A DNA stretch of 45,349 nucleotides from Escherichia coli (GCF_003334405.1 NZ_QOWM01000023.1), one strand, 5' to 3'. Numbered from the stretch's first letter, positions 1 through 12,670 are shown. The notes: generated from the letters alone by a model not told the origin. A program made the numbers and translations.

Positions 1-1
1 T

Positions 2-77
2 TGGTGGGTCGTGCAGGATTCGAACCTGCGACCAATTGATTAAAAGTCAACTGCTCTACCAACTGAGCTAACGACCC
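2..77 (-). tRNA. lysT: tRNA-Lys (anticodon UUU)
   Basis: Reverse complement is a 76-nt tRNA ending in CCA, with anticodon loop CUUUUAA and TTCGAATCC in the T-arm, matching E. coli tRNA-Lys. It sits just downstream of cpoB, as the first tRNA of the lysT-valT-lysW cluster does in K-12. Confidence 0.93.
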
Positions 78-127
78 ACTTTTTCGTTGCTTTCGGTTTG
101 TTTGATATCCCGTGGCAACGGCGGCAT

Positions 128-155
128 ATATTACTGATTTCAGACTTGAGCGCAA
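128..155 (-). promoter_or_regulatory. Candidate sigma70 promoter for the tRNA operon
   Basis: On the minus strand: TTGCGC (150-155), a 16-bp spacer, TAATAT (128-133), then a GC-rich discriminator (GCCGCCG), about 50 nt upstream of the mature tRNA 5' end. Typical layout for a stringent tRNA promoter; by eye only. Confidence 0.35.
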
Positions 156-198
156 CAAAAATTTCGATGTAGATCACTCAACTGCTTATGATTCGCAC

Positions 199-234
199 GA
201 CACGACCAGAAATAATGCGACTTCTGGTCGTGTG
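199..234 (-). terminator. Hairpin immediately downstream of cpoB (possible Tol-Pal operon terminator)
   Basis: Inverted repeat GACACGACCAGAA / TTCTGGTCGTGTG around a 10-nt loop, directly 3' of the cpoB stop codon. The U-tract is weak, so the call is tentative. Confidence 0.3.
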
Positions 235-241
235 TTATGCA

Positions 242-1033
242 TTACATCGCGTTCAGACGTTTTTGTGCCTGTTTAGCGCCATCAGTACCAGGGTATTTAC
301 TGATAACCTGCTGGTATACGGCTTTCGCTTTTGCGGTGTCACCTTTGTCCTGCATGATGACGCCGACTTTAAACATCGCATCTGCAGCCTTTGGTGACTT
401 CGGATAGTTTTTCACTACCGAAGCAAAATAGTACGCCGCATCATCTTTTTTACCCTTGTTGTAGTTTAACTGACCCAGCCAATAATTGGCGTTTGGCAGG
501 TAAGTTGAATCAGGGTAATTTTTGATGAAATTCTGAAATGCCACCATTGCGTCATCCTGGCGGGATTTATCCTGCACCAGCGCAATAGCTGCATTGTAAT
601 CCGTGTTTGCATTACCGCTTTTCACCGGCGCGCCAGCATTCGCAGTACCAGCATCAGCTGTCGGCGTCGTTGATGCCGCCGCACCGCTTTGATCGCCGCT
701 GGTTGATTGCGCCGCTGCACCACCGCTGCTGAGGCTGTCGATCTGCAACAGGATCTGCTTTTGCCGCTCCACGACCTGATTCAGTTGATACTGATTTTCC
801 TGAATCTGACCACGCAGGGAATCAATATCGGATTGATTATCAGAAAGTTGTTGCTGGAGTTGGGTTAAAAGCTGGCTGTGAGCATTAGAAATACGCTCAA
901 GTTGAGTGACGCGGTCTTCGACCGAGCCTGAGCCGACACTACTGATTGGTGCCTGAGCAAAAGCGGCCCAGGGGGCCGCTATACCAACCAGTAACGACAG
1001 ACTCAATAGTTGATGTCTGAAGTTACTGCTCAT
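242..1033 (-). CDS. cpoB: Cell division coordinator CpoB (YbgF), periplasmic TPR protein
   Basis: 263-aa ORF starting MSSNFRHQLLSLSLLVGIAAPWAAFA (signal peptide), with a Q/L-rich coiled coil and C-terminal TPR-like repeats. Last gene of the tol-pal cluster. Confidence 0.95.
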   Translation of the reverse strand: MSSNFRHQLLSLSLLVGIAAPWAAFAQAPISSVGSGSVEDRVTQLERISNAHSQLLTQLQQQLSDNQSDIDSLRGQIQENQYQLNQVVERQKQILLQIDSLSSGGAAAQSTSGDQSGAAASTTPTADAGTANAGAPVKSGNANTDYNAAIALVQDKSRQDDAMVAFQNFIKNYPDSTYLPNANYWLGQLNYNKGKKDDAAYYFASVVKNYPKSPKAADAMFKVGVIMQDKGDTAKAKAVYQQVISKYPGTDGAKQAQKRLNAM

Positions 1034-1042
1034 GCAATTCTC

Positions 1043-1588
<546 letters not shown>

Positions 1589-1598
1589 TTAATTATTA

Positions 1599-2891
1599 TC
1601 ACAGATACGGCGACCAGGCAGGGAATTTGACCTGTCCATCAGTTGCCGGAAGACGCGCTTTGAAACGCCCATCTGTAGAAACCAAATTCAGCACGGATCC
1701 CATCCCCTGAGAAGAGCTGTAGATTACCATAGTGCCGTTAGGTGCCAGACTTGGCGTTTCATCCAGGAACGTGGACGACAGAACTTGTACGCCTCCCGTT
1801 GCCAGATCTTGTTTGGCAATGTGCTGCTGCCCACCATTGGAGCTGACCATTACCATAAATTTACCGTCGCTGCTGACATCCGCATCCTGGTTCTGCGAAC
1901 CTTCCCAGGTAATACGTTGTGGCGCACCGCCGTTGATATTCACTTTATAAACCTGCGGACGACCGGCCTGGTCAGAAGTAAATGCCAGGTTCTGGCTATC
2001 CGGGAACCAGGTCGGTTCGGTATTGTTACTGCGACCATCAGTCACCTGGCGGATCTGACCAGAAGCCAAATCCATTACGTACAGGTTCAGACTACCGGTT
2101 TTCGACAAGGCGAATGCCAGTTTGCTGCCGTCTGGCGAGAATGCAGGTGCACCGTTGTGACGCGGGAATGAAGCCACCTGACGTACAGCGCCATTTGCCA
2201 GCGTCTGAATAACCAGCGCGGAACGACCGCTTTCGAAGGTCACATAAGCCAGTTTAGAACCGTCTGGTGACCACGCCGGAGACATCAGCGGCTGCGGTGA
2301 ACGGTGAACGACAAACTGGTTGTAACCGTCATAGTCAGATACGCGCAGTTCATACGGGAACTGACCGCCGTTGGTCTGAACAACGTAGGCAATACGAGTA
2401 CGGAACGCACCTTTAATGCCGGTCAGTTTTTCAAACACTTCATCACTGGCGGTATGACCAGCATAACGCAGCCACTGCTTGTTCACTTTGTACGAGTTCT
2501 GAGCAAGTACAGTACCCGGTGCGCCGCCAGTGTCAACAAGTTGATAAGCAACATTGTAAGAACCATCCGGATTCGGAGTGACCTGACCGACAACTACAGC
2601 GTCAATGCCCAGTGCGGACCATGCAGCTGGTTGTACTTCCTGCGCACTACCCGGCTGCTGTGGCAGACGAGCGCGATCTAACGGATTAAATTTACCGCTG
2701 TTACGCAAGTCAGCAGCAACGATGCCGCCAATATCTTCAGGTGCCGCACCAGGCCCCGCCCACTGGAAAGGAACAACACCAATAGGACGACCGGAATCTA
2801 CACCGCTGTCGATCACAATGCGGACTTCAGCATGCAGAACTGATGCCCACAGTATGAGAAAACCAAATGCTACTCGTAATGCCTGCTTCAT
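1599..2891 (-). CDS. tolB: Tol-Pal system periplasmic beta-propeller protein TolB
   Basis: 430 aa from [21 protein letters not shown]. The ORF track begins one Met earlier at 2894. Confidence 0.95.
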   Translation of the reverse strand: MKQALRVAFGFLILWASVLHAEVRIVIDSGVDSGRPIGVVPFQWAGPGAAPEDIGGIVAADLRNSGKFNPLDRARLPQQPGSAQEVQPAAWSALGIDAVVVGQVTPNPDGSYNVAYQLVDTGGAPGTVLAQNSYKVNKQWLRYAGHTASDEVFEKLTGIKGAFRTRIAYVVQTNGGQFPYELRVSDYDGYNQFVVHRSPQPLMSPAWSPDGSKLAYVTFESGRSALVIQTLANGAVRQVASFPRHNGAPAFSPDGSKLAFALSKTGSLNLYVMDLASGQIRQVTDGRSNNTEPTWFPDSQNLAFTSDQAGRPQVYKVNINGGAPQRITWEGSQNQDADVSSDGKFMVMVSSNGGQQHIAKQDLATGGVQVLSSTFLDETPSLAPNGTMVIYSSSQGMGSVLNLVSTDGRFKARLPATDGQVKFPAWSPYL

Positions 2892-3023
2892 CATATCTCC
2901 CTTATCTGGACCGATGGCCCACGATAATTTAGCAGAATGTTAACAAACTAAAATACACAAAACTACCAGAACCCCGTGGCAACCGGTGCCTGATGTTGAC
3001 CGTCCGAACAGTCAACATCGCGA

Positions 3024-4289
3024 TTACGGTTTGAAGTCCAATGGCGCGTTTTTGAACACTTCATATACTGCCTGGCTTGGTGGTTTCGGGATCTTCGCAA
3101 GTTTAGCTGCTGCCAACGCAGCCTGACAAAGTGCGGGATCGCCACCTTCAGGTTTGATATCCAGTAACATACCATCGGGTGCCAGTTTTATGCGCAGCGT
3201 ACAGGTTTTGCCTGCATAGGACGATGCGTCATAGAACTTACTTTCGATAGCAGATTTAATCTGCCCGGCATAGTTATTGATATCGGCCCCTGATGCGCCA
3301 TTGTTTTTAGTATTACCACTCCCGGCAGGCGAAGCATTGTTCCCTTTCGCCCCTCCCCCCGTTTTCGGTGCATTCTTACCAGAGCTTAGCTCACCGAAAA
3401 TATCATCTGCCTCTGCGGCCGCTTTTGCTGCAGCGGCTTTTTCAGCTGCAGCTTTTGCCGCTGCCGCTTTTTTGTCTGCGGCGGCTTTTTCTGCCGCTGC
3501 TTTCTTATCAGCTGCTGCCTTTTCAGCAGCCGCTTTTTCTGCTGCTTTTTTGTCGGCTGCAGCTTTCTCTGCTGCCGCTTTCTTATCAGCTGCAGCCTTT
3601 TCAGCAGCCGCTTTCTTCTCAGCTTCTGCTTTGGCTTTTTCAGCAGCTTCAGTTGCCGCTTTCTTTCTTGCTTCAGCTGCAGCTGCTTCTGCCGCTTCCG
3701 CTTTCTTCTTCAGTGCCGCAGCGGCTGCCTCGGCTTTTTTCTGCGCTTCGGCTGCGGCTTTGGCGGCTTCTGCTTCTGCTTTTTTCTTTGCGTCTGCAGC
3801 CGCTTTCTTCGCTGCTTCTTCCGCAGCTTTAGCATCTGCTTCGGCCTTCGCTTTAGCATCTGCCGCCGCTTTCGCTGCCGCCTCTTCAGCTTGCTTCTGC
3901 TTTAACTCGGCCTGTTTTGCGGCTTCTTCAGCCTGCTTTTTCTGCTCCTGAGCCGCTAACCGCTCTTTCTCAAGTTGCTTCAGGCGTTCCTGTTCAGCCG
4001 CTTGTTTCTCACGCAGTTCTTCAGCAGCCTGCTGTTCCTTCATCTTGCGCTGTTCATCAGAACGCTTCGCGCTTGATTCCTGGCTTTGCATGCGTTTGTA
4101 CTGCTCAACTACCGCACCTGAATCAACCATGACAGCGTCGATGGACGAACCACCGCCGCCTCCGGCTGAAGCTTCTATATTCTCATCGAACGAACTCCAG
4201 ATCAGCGCCGCAAATAAGATGACATGCAGCACTGCTGAAATAATTATCGCCCGCTTGAGCTTGTCGTTTTGTTCGGTTGCCTTTGACAC
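3024..4289 (-). CDS. tolA: Tol-Pal system protein TolA
   Basis: 421 aa: MSKATEQNDKLKRAIIISAVLHVILFAALIW membrane anchor, long Ala/Lys/Glu-rich helical domain II, Gly-rich linker and C-terminal domain III. Confidence 0.96.
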   Translation of the reverse strand: MSKATEQNDKLKRAIIISAVLHVILFAALIWSSFDENIEASAGGGGGSSIDAVMVDSGAVVEQYKRMQSQESSAKRSDEQRKMKEQQAAEELREKQAAEQERLKQLEKERLAAQEQKKQAEEAAKQAELKQKQAEEAAAKAAADAKAKAEADAKAAEEAAKKAAADAKKKAEAEAAKAAAEAQKKAEAAAAALKKKAEAAEAAAAEARKKAATEAAEKAKAEAEKKAAAEKAAADKKAAAEKAAADKKAAEKAAAEKAAADKKAAAEKAAADKKAAAAKAAAEKAAAAKAAAEADDIFGELSSGKNAPKTGGGAKGNNASPAGSGNTKNNGASGADINNYAGQIKSAIESKFYDASSYAGKTCTLRIKLAPDGMLLDIKPEGGDPALCQAALAAAKLAKIPKPPSQAVYEVFKNAPLDFKP

Positions 4290-4353
4290 TCTCGGTTTCC
4301 AAAAACTGTTCGCCTGTTACCCGCTCTCTTTCAAGCAAGGGAAACGCAGATGT

Positions 4354-4782
4354 TTAGATAGGCTGCGTCATTAAACCAACCGATTTCACACCCGCACTAT
4401 GTAACAAGTTCAGTGCTTTAATTATTTCATCGTAAGGCACATCTTTTGCGCCACCGATCAGAAAGACCGTTTTCGGGTTGGCCTTGAAACGGCTGGACAC
4501 TTCCGCCACCACCTGCTCTGGTGGTAAACGCTCCAGGCGATCTTTCTCAACCACCACGGTGTACTGACCAATACCAGACACTTCAACAATCACTGGCGGA
4601 TTATCGTTACTGCTCACCGCCTGTGATTCAGTAGCGTCTGGCAGATCGACCTCCACGCTCTGGGTGATGATGGGCGCTGTCGCCATAAAGATCAGCAACA
4701 GCACCAGCAGTACGTCCAGCAACGGTACAATGTTGATTTCGGACTTGAGATCGCGACGACCTCGTCCACGCGCTCTGGCCAT
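4354..4782 (-). CDS. tolR: Tol-Pal system protein TolR (ExbD/TolR family)
   Basis: 142 aa, MARARGRGRRDLKSEINIVPLLDVLLVLLLIFM, single TM helix. Confidence 0.95.
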   Translation of the reverse strand: MARARGRGRRDLKSEINIVPLLDVLLVLLLIFMATAPIITQSVEVDLPDATESQAVSSNDNPPVIVEVSGIGQYTVVVEKDRLERLPPEQVVAEVSSRFKANPKTVFLIGGAKDVPYDEIIKALNLLHSAGVKSVGLMTQPI

Positions 4783-4785
4783 GGC

Positions 4786-5879
<1,094 letters not shown>

Positions 5880-5983
5880 TTTACATCCCGGTAATGCAAC
5901 AAAAGTTAGAGCTTTTAAACGCTGCTACTATACGCGCGCGATTGAGGTTTGGGAATGAGGGCAAGTTAAGGGAGCGTAAAAAT

Positions 5984-6013
5984 TTATGGGCCTGGAGCGG
6001 CCCATAATTTTTT
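5984..6013. terminator. Bidirectional intrinsic-terminator-like hairpin between ybgE and ybgC
   Basis: TTATGGGCCTGGAGCGGCCCATAA palindrome flanked by an A-run on one side and a T-run on the other. It is placed to terminate the cydAB-cydX-ybgE transcript on the minus strand. Confidence 0.45.
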
Positions 6014-6028
6014 AAAGAGAATTCTGAT

Positions 6029-6322
6029 TTAAAAGAAGAAGAAAATCAGCCCGACAATGAGAACAATATCGGCAAGCAATGGGCAAAAAATCCCTTGCCA
6101 AAGAACCTTCTGCGGACGAAAGCCCACGCCGTGAATCACACCAGCACAGACGGCCCACATCAGCAATAAACCATGCCAGATTTCCAGTTCACTGGTCTTC
6201 GCGGCAAAACGAGATGGGTCCCAAAACATACATCCTGCTAACAGAAGCGCCATCACGAAGGAAAGCGCCCGCAGGGGGCGCTTGTCCATTACCGCATACA
6301 AAGTCGCGATAATCTTACTCAT
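6029..6322 (-). CDS. ybgE: Small inner-membrane protein YbgE (cyd operon)
   Basis: 97 aa, hydrophobic, MSKIIATLYAVMDKRPLRALSFVMALLLAGCMFW. Confidence 0.9.
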   Translation of the reverse strand: MSKIIATLYAVMDKRPLRALSFVMALLLAGCMFWDPSRFAAKTSELEIWHGLLLMWAVCAGVIHGVGFRPQKVLWQGIFCPLLADIVLIVGLIFFFF

Positions 6323-6435
6323 CAGATGTCTTCTTGACCGGCTTTGCCTGATTCGACGTGTTCAAGCGCCAGCGCGGTGATTACCCCAAACGAACAGGCA
6401 AGAAGCGTTCCCAGAATCCATGCGAAATACCACAT
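6322..6435 (-). CDS. cydX: Cytochrome bd-I oxidase accessory subunit CydX (37 aa)
   Basis: Hand translation of the minus strand gives MWYFAWILGTLLACSFGVITALALEHVESGKAGQEDI followed by TGA. Absent from the ORF track because it is under 60 aa. Its stop overlaps the ybgE start, and it starts 11 bp after the cydB stop. Confidence 0.9.
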   Translation of the reverse strand: MWYFAWILGTLLACSFGVITALALEHVESGKAGQEDI

Positions 6436-6449
6436 TTTTAGCTCCTTAC

Positions 6450-7589
6450 TTAGTACAGAGAGTGGGTGTTACGTTCAATATCTTCTTTGGTGATACGACC
6501 GAACATTTTCCAGTAACACCAGGCGGTGTAGAGCAGAATGATCGGTACCAGAACCACCGCAACCCAGGTCATGACGTTAAGCGTCAGCTGGCTGGAAGTT
6601 GCATCCCACATTGTCAGACTTGCGTTCATCATGGTGCTGGACGGCATCACAAACGGGAACATTGCGATACCGGCTGTCAGGATGATGCAGGCCAGCGTCA
6701 GGGAGGAGAACACAAACGCCCACGCGGCTTTATCCATACGTGCAGTCAGGATGGTCAGCAGCGGCAGAACCACACCCAGTGCCGGAATAGCCCACAGAAT
6801 TGGCGTGTTGTTGAAGTTAACCAGCCATGCGCCAGCTTCACGAACCACTTCTTTATTCAGTGGGTTAGAGGCTGCGTAATGGTCCATTGTCGATTTCACG
6901 ACATAACCATCGATACCGTACATCACCCATACGCCAGCCAGTGCGAAACAGACCAGTGTCACCAGCGCAGCCACCTGAGCCGTTGCACGGGTACGCAGGT
7001 GCAGTTCGCCCACGGTACGCATTTGCAGATAGGTTGCGCCCTGAGTAATGATCATCCCTACGCTCACCACGCCTGCCAGCAGGCCGAACGGGTTAAGCAA
7101 CTGGAAGAAGTTACCGGTGTAGTACAGACGCAGATATTCATCAACGTTGAACGGTACGCCCTGCAACAGGTTACCGAACGCTACACCAATTACCAGCGGC
7201 GGAACGAAGCTACCAATGAAGATGCCCCAGTCCCACATGTTACGCCAGCGGGTTTCTTCAATCTTGGAGCGGTAGTCAAAACCGACCGGACGGAAGAACA
7301 AAGACGCCAGCACGAGGATCATCGCCACATAGAAGCCGGAGAACGCAGCGGCATAGACCATCGGCCAGGCAGCAAAGAGTGCGCCGCCCGCGGTGATCAG
7401 CCAAACCTGGTTACCGTCCCAGTGTGGTGCAATGGAGTTAATCATAATTCGACGCTCGGTGTCGTTACGACCGAGGAAACGGGTGAGCATGCCCACCCCC
7501 ATGTCGAAACCGTCAGTGACTGCAAAACCAATCAGCAGAACGCCAACCAGCAGCCACCAGATAAAACGCAATACTTCATAATCGATCAT
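6450..7589 (-). CDS. cydB: Cytochrome bd-I ubiquinol oxidase subunit II
   Basis: 379 aa polytopic membrane protein, MIDYEVLRFIWWLLVGVLLIGFAVTDGFDMGVGML. Confidence 0.96.
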   Translation of the reverse strand: MIDYEVLRFIWWLLVGVLLIGFAVTDGFDMGVGMLTRFLGRNDTERRIMINSIAPHWDGNQVWLITAGGALFAAWPMVYAAAFSGFYVAMILVLASLFFRPVGFDYRSKIEETRWRNMWDWGIFIGSFVPPLVIGVAFGNLLQGVPFNVDEYLRLYYTGNFFQLLNPFGLLAGVVSVGMIITQGATYLQMRTVGELHLRTRATAQVAALVTLVCFALAGVWVMYGIDGYVVKSTMDHYAASNPLNKEVVREAGAWLVNFNNTPILWAIPALGVVLPLLTILTARMDKAAWAFVFSSLTLACIILTAGIAMFPFVMPSSTMMNASLTMWDATSSQLTLNVMTWVAVVLVPIILLYTAWCYWKMFGRITKEDIERNTHSLY

Positions 7590-7604
7590 TTGACGACTCC
7601 TGTC

Positions 7605-9173
7605 TTAGCGTGCCGGCTGAGTAGTCGTGGAAGACTGCTCAAAGTGATAGCGACCGGTTTTCAGGCTGCTTGGGCCGAGGCGTGCAAACTTGAACATTAA
7701 GAACAATTCTGCCACCAGGAACAGGGTATACAGGCCGCAAATCAGCACCATTGAGAAGATGAGATCGCCTGCGGTCAGTGACGAGTTCGCCACAGCTGTC
7801 GGCAGCACTTCACCGATAGCCCACGGTTGGCGGCCATATTCAGCCACGAACCAGCCCGCTTCTACAGCAATCCACGGCAGCGGAATACCGTACAGCGCGG
7901 CGCGCAGAAGCCATTTTTTCTCGCCAATGCGGTTGCGGATGACACTCCAGAAAGAGAGCGCGATGATTGCCAGAAGCAGGAAGCCACACGCCACCATGAT
8001 ACGGAACGCAAAGTACAGCGGCGCTACACGCGGGATGGAGTCTTTGGTTGCCTGTTGAATCTGCGCTTCAGTCGCATCAGCCACGTTTGGCGTATAGCGT
8101 TTCAGCAGCAGACCGTAACCGAGGTCTTTCTTCATGCTATTGAACTGGTCACGAACCGCCTGGTCGGTAGAACCAGAACGCAGTTGTTCGAGCAGAGAGT
8201 ACGCCTTCATCCCGTTACGAATGCGTTCTTCATGCTGCACCATCAGCTCTTTCAGGCCGATAACCGGGGTATCCACGGAACGCGTTGCAATGATGCCCAG
8301 TGCGTAAGGGATCTGAATCGCAAATTTGTTCGTCTCCTCTTCCTGATCAGGAATGCCGAACAGAGTAAAGGCAGCAGGCGCAGGTTGCGTTTCCCACTCG
8401 GCTTCAATAGCAGCCAGTTTGGTTTTCTGCACGTCGCCCATTTCGTAGCCGGATTCATCACCCAGAACAATAACAGACAGAACAGCAGCCATACCGAAGC
8501 TGGCAGCGATAGCAAAGGAGCGTTTAGCGAAGGCGAAGTCACGACCTTTCAGCATATACCATGCGCTGATACCGAGGATGAACATCGCGCCAGTCACATA
8601 ACCAGACGCTACAGTGTGAACGAATTTCACCTGAGCAACCGGGTTAAGCACCAGCTCGGAGAAGCTCACCATCTCCATACGCATAGTTTCAAAGTTGAAA
8701 TCGGACGCGATTGGGTTTTGCATCCAGCCGTTCGCAACCAGAATCCACAGTGCGGACAGGTTTGAACCGAGCGCCACCAGCCAGGTGACACACATATGCT
8801 GAACTTTACCCAGACGATCCCAACCGAAGAAGAACAGACCTACAAAGGTGGATTCGAGGAAGAAGGCCATCAGACCTTCGATTGCCAGCGGCGCACCGAA
8901 GATATCCCCTACATAGTGGGAATAGTAAGACCAGTTAGTCCCGAACTGGAACTCCATGGTCAGACCGGTAGCCACACCCAGAGCGAAGTTGATACCAAAC
9001 AACTTGCCCCAGAACTTGGTCATATCTTTATAAATCTGTTTGCCGGAGAGGACGTAGACCGTTTCCATAATGGCCAGCAGGAACGCCATACCGAGCGTCA
9101 GTGGCACAAAAAGGAAGTGGTACATCGCGGTCAAGGCAAACTGTAAGCGCGACAGTTCGACTATATCTAACAT
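7605..9173 (-). CDS. cydA: Cytochrome bd-I ubiquinol oxidase subunit I
   Basis: 522 aa from [31 protein letters not shown], including the Q-loop. The ORF-track start at 9176 is one Met upstream. Confidence 0.96.
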
Positions 9174-9455
9174 CATGACTCCTTGCTCATCGCATGAAGA
9201 CTCCGAGAGTGAACCCCGTTAGAAAGGGTCACACGCATGCCCCAATAGAAATTTGTTTGAACACTTTCATCATACCATGTGAATGCACACAAAAACGGCG
9301 TAAAGAAAGGTTGCAAACATGTTAATAAAAACTCAAATTGATCCCACGTATATATTACGCCGCAAAATCCTTACAATAAACAGGTTTTTGTTGAAGCAAA
9401 TTTGCATTTTTCGACGGTGATCAATTTATAGCTAAATCACCGCCTTTCAGCCAAT

Positions 9456-9521
9456 TTGATCGAGAACAATTTATCTCTTTTTGATGCCCATTTCCAAGGC
9501 TTATACATTGATAAATATCAA
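9456..9521. promoter_or_regulatory. cydAB upstream control region with FNR-type palindromes
   Basis: TTGATAAATATCAA (9508-9521) matches the FNR consensus TTGAT-N4-ATCAA exactly. A second near-site, TTGATCGAGAACAA, lies at 9456-9469. Both are about 280-350 bp upstream of the cydA start in an AT-rich 846-bp leader. Confidence 0.45.
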
Positions 9522-10019
9522 TTCCTACAAATTATGTTAATCATGTTTCAATAAGGTAACTTTAGTGACATTTATGTTTAAAATGTGTGAGTTATAAGGC
9601 TGAAATTAGTTTCGGTTGGCAATTAAAGATAAAAAGAGACGAAGCAAAAACAGCACGGTTGACCTTAATTCTTTTTTTGGTCACTGGCTAATACGACGCA
9701 GAGTTTCAGGATTACTAATAAAGGCATAAATCCACCCCGCCAATATTAACATTTAGTTAACTTATAATTATATTATAATTAACTCACCCAGGGTTATTAT
9801 TTTGTTAAAAATAAAGCCACATATACGTGGCTTGAGAGTGAAGATAAACGCAAAATTACCTGATGCGCTACGCTTGCCAGTGTCTACATCATCTCTGCAA
9901 TATATTGAATTTGCCTGCTTTTGTAGACCGAATAAAGCGTTCATGCCGTATCCGGCATGAACAAAGCGCCCTTTGTCAACAATCTGGCCGCGCATATGTG
10001 GCTTCGGTTTGATTGCTAT

Positions 10020-12653
10020 TCAGGCAAGCCGGTAACTGAACGTCCGTGACTGGCCGGGTAAAAAAGGCCCCGATAGATTTGAACCTTGATTTTCCTCGGT
10101 GGTAATGTGTTCATCCATCATCGTTTCTGAGCAAGAAATCACCTCGCGACTGAAAGCAACAGTCGCATCACAGGTTGCTGATTCAGCCGGATTAAACAGC
10201 CGTAAAATCACTTCTTGTCGGTCTTCAGCTTTCTTAAGTGCGCTTATCAGGCATCCCACTGGGGGCATTTTCAACAAACTATAACTTTCCGGCACGTTGA
10301 ATCCGGCTTTGTTGAGCTTCATCACATCCCATGGGATTTTGTTGTAACACTGTACTGGAGTCAGCCATGCTCGCGCCTGCTGAGCTACACCAGCGGCGGT
10401 TGGCGTACCGGTATAACTCAATAAACTTAGGCGACAAGAAAGCAGACCACGTAGTTGTGAGTCCGGGACTGGCATTTTAATTCCCGAAGGCCGCCCAGGC
10501 CTTAAAAGCAGATCTTCTTTGCCCAGTAAGCCCACGCCACGCAGCAACGTAATGGCAAAGGTTTTCTTCTCTTCACCGATGACTTCAAATTCACGTAACC
10601 CTTCGCTAAAGACAGCCATGCCGTTACGCCCTTCCTGTAAGGCAACATAGTTGAGCATATTCCATACCGGAACCGGCGCTTCTTTCCAGCCTTCTTGCTG
10701 CCAGTTGTTCATTGCACTGTCGTTCACGGGGCGCGTTAGCGAACCAAACTGCGTATCTGCCAGAACACTGTCGGTGTTAAAAGGTGTAGGGACCAGGACA
10801 CGAAGGCGATGATCGTCAGCCTGGTTATCAAGATTGATATCCACATCAATACGCCTGCTGTTATGACTAAGAGTGACAACCAACACCACCCCTACTCTGC
10901 CAGTGGATTGCCGGGCGCTGCGTTCTGACAAATTGAGCGGCACTGCCATGTCATAGCGGATAACAGCCCTGCTCTGCCAGGCTTCATGAATAATATCGCA
11001 TTGCGGTTTCGCGTTCGCTGCGGTAATTACCCACTCTTCTTTTGCGGGTGAATAGTCATATTCATCACCATCATCAGAGCTTTCTTCAATTTGCAATACC
11101 CGGTCATAGCGCACACCGCTGTCTTTATCTACCAGTTGCAGAGAACCATCCTCATTGAGCGCAATTTGCCAGAAAGCATTTTCCAGTATCCCTTCAGCGT
11201 CACTTTTTGCCGCAATTACGTTGCCAGGCTGATTCGCTTCGATATAAAGCGTGCGATAGCCCATAGAAGGGACAATCTGGTTGATCTGTATATCAAACTC
11301 CATAAAGGGATCATAATTACCGTAATGAACTATTTGCCGATCGATTAGGCCTGGATCGATCTCACGGGCATGGCGAATAAAATACGGTACAGGCTGACCG
11401 CGATCGTCCCGCAAATTAAACTGGCTGGCGCGCAGCCGCACAGTGGTGTTGATAACTTCTTCACGCGGCCAGGGCATCAGGTTAAACAGGACGAGTTTGT
11501 CGGCGTCGCTCTGCGGCATGTTGTCGGCAATTTTGCGCATGTAGAAACGAATCAGATTATCCGCCATGTCTTCAGCCAGTTCGAAGCGGGCGACGATTTC
11601 GCGATGAACTTTGTCACTACAGCAGCAGCCGATACTGTCGTGGGCATGATTTTTTAAGATCTCTTTCCACATTTTCTCCAGCAAGCCGTGGTGGTATTCA
11701 AAACCCAACGTCCAGGCCAGTGTTGCCAGCGGTTCCAGCAGATTAACAATCTTATTTTCAATACGCGCGTGGGCAATTTTGATATCCATACGCGTAGAAC
11801 CGATGGTGCGATGCACGCGCATATATTTGCCATCAATAAATTCCCCTTTCAGGGTTGCCAGATTATCTCGCTGCGCTTCGATCTTCTCAAATACCTCTTC
11901 AAAGCGGCTCATCACAAACTTACGTTGAGGGTAGATCTCACGTAGCTTATCCATCACTTCGAAGATATTTTGCTGCAATGGCATCTGGTCATGCCCATTC
12001 GGCAGCAAAATCTCTTTGGTTACAGACGCTTTTTCCAGCACGTCAAAATAACTGTCGAGGCGTTTACGTAATCCGTTTTCGTCGGCAGGTAAGTACTTAC
12101 CGATGGCGTAGCCCAGCGGCAGCACCTGCGCCGTCACTTCGCTACCGTCACTGCTTTGCCACAAAAACTCGGTTTTATCAGTACCGTGGCGCTCCGAACA
12201 TCCGCGCCAGAACATGGTGCGGGTAATGCCAAATCCATTGTAGATATGCGGCAGTTGCCCGGACATGCCAAAGGAATCTGGTAAATAACCTATTTTCATC
12301 GGCTCGCCAAACGCGAGGCAGTCACGCATTCCGTACATCAGATTACGGACGATGGATTCCGCAGAAACAATCGTGGTATCGGTCTGGGTATACCAGGGGC
12401 CGATAATCAACTTGCCGGCTTCTACCTGTTTCTTCACACGGTCTTTGTTTTCCGGTTTCACCGCGAAATAATCTTCGAGGATCGCCGTTTGCCCGTCGAG
12501 TACGTAATATTTGTATTCGTTGTCCTGTTCCAGTCGGCACAGGATCTCTTCCATATTATTGACCAGCAGAATACGTGACTCTTCGGTGGTGAAATACCAC
12601 TCTCGATCCCAGTGCATATGCGGGGTGATGTGAACGCGAGATACTGCTTTCAT
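10020..12653 (-). CDS. mngB: Mannosylglycerate hydrolase (GH38 alpha-mannosidase)
   Basis: 877 aa, [30 protein letters not shown] (GH38 N-terminal motif); immediately downstream of mngA. Confidence 0.93.
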
Positions 12654-12670
12654 CGTCGTTTCCTTTTTGT

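Noticed and set aside
188-397. 69-aa plus-strand ORF spanning the cpoB 3' end and the tRNA promoter region.
   Set aside because: It overlaps the cpoB coding sequence and terminator hairpin on the opposite strand, and has no recognisable product.
3277-3951. Ala/Phe/Ser-rich ORFs (224 aa and 154 aa) on the plus strand inside tolA.
   Set aside because: Mirror image of the GCN/AAR-rich repeats encoding TolA domain II; pure low-complexity sequence with no independent start signals.
9768-9995. 75-aa minus-strand ORF in the distal cydAB upstream region.
   Set aside because: It overlaps REP-like palindromes and AT-rich promoter DNA, with no coding-like composition.
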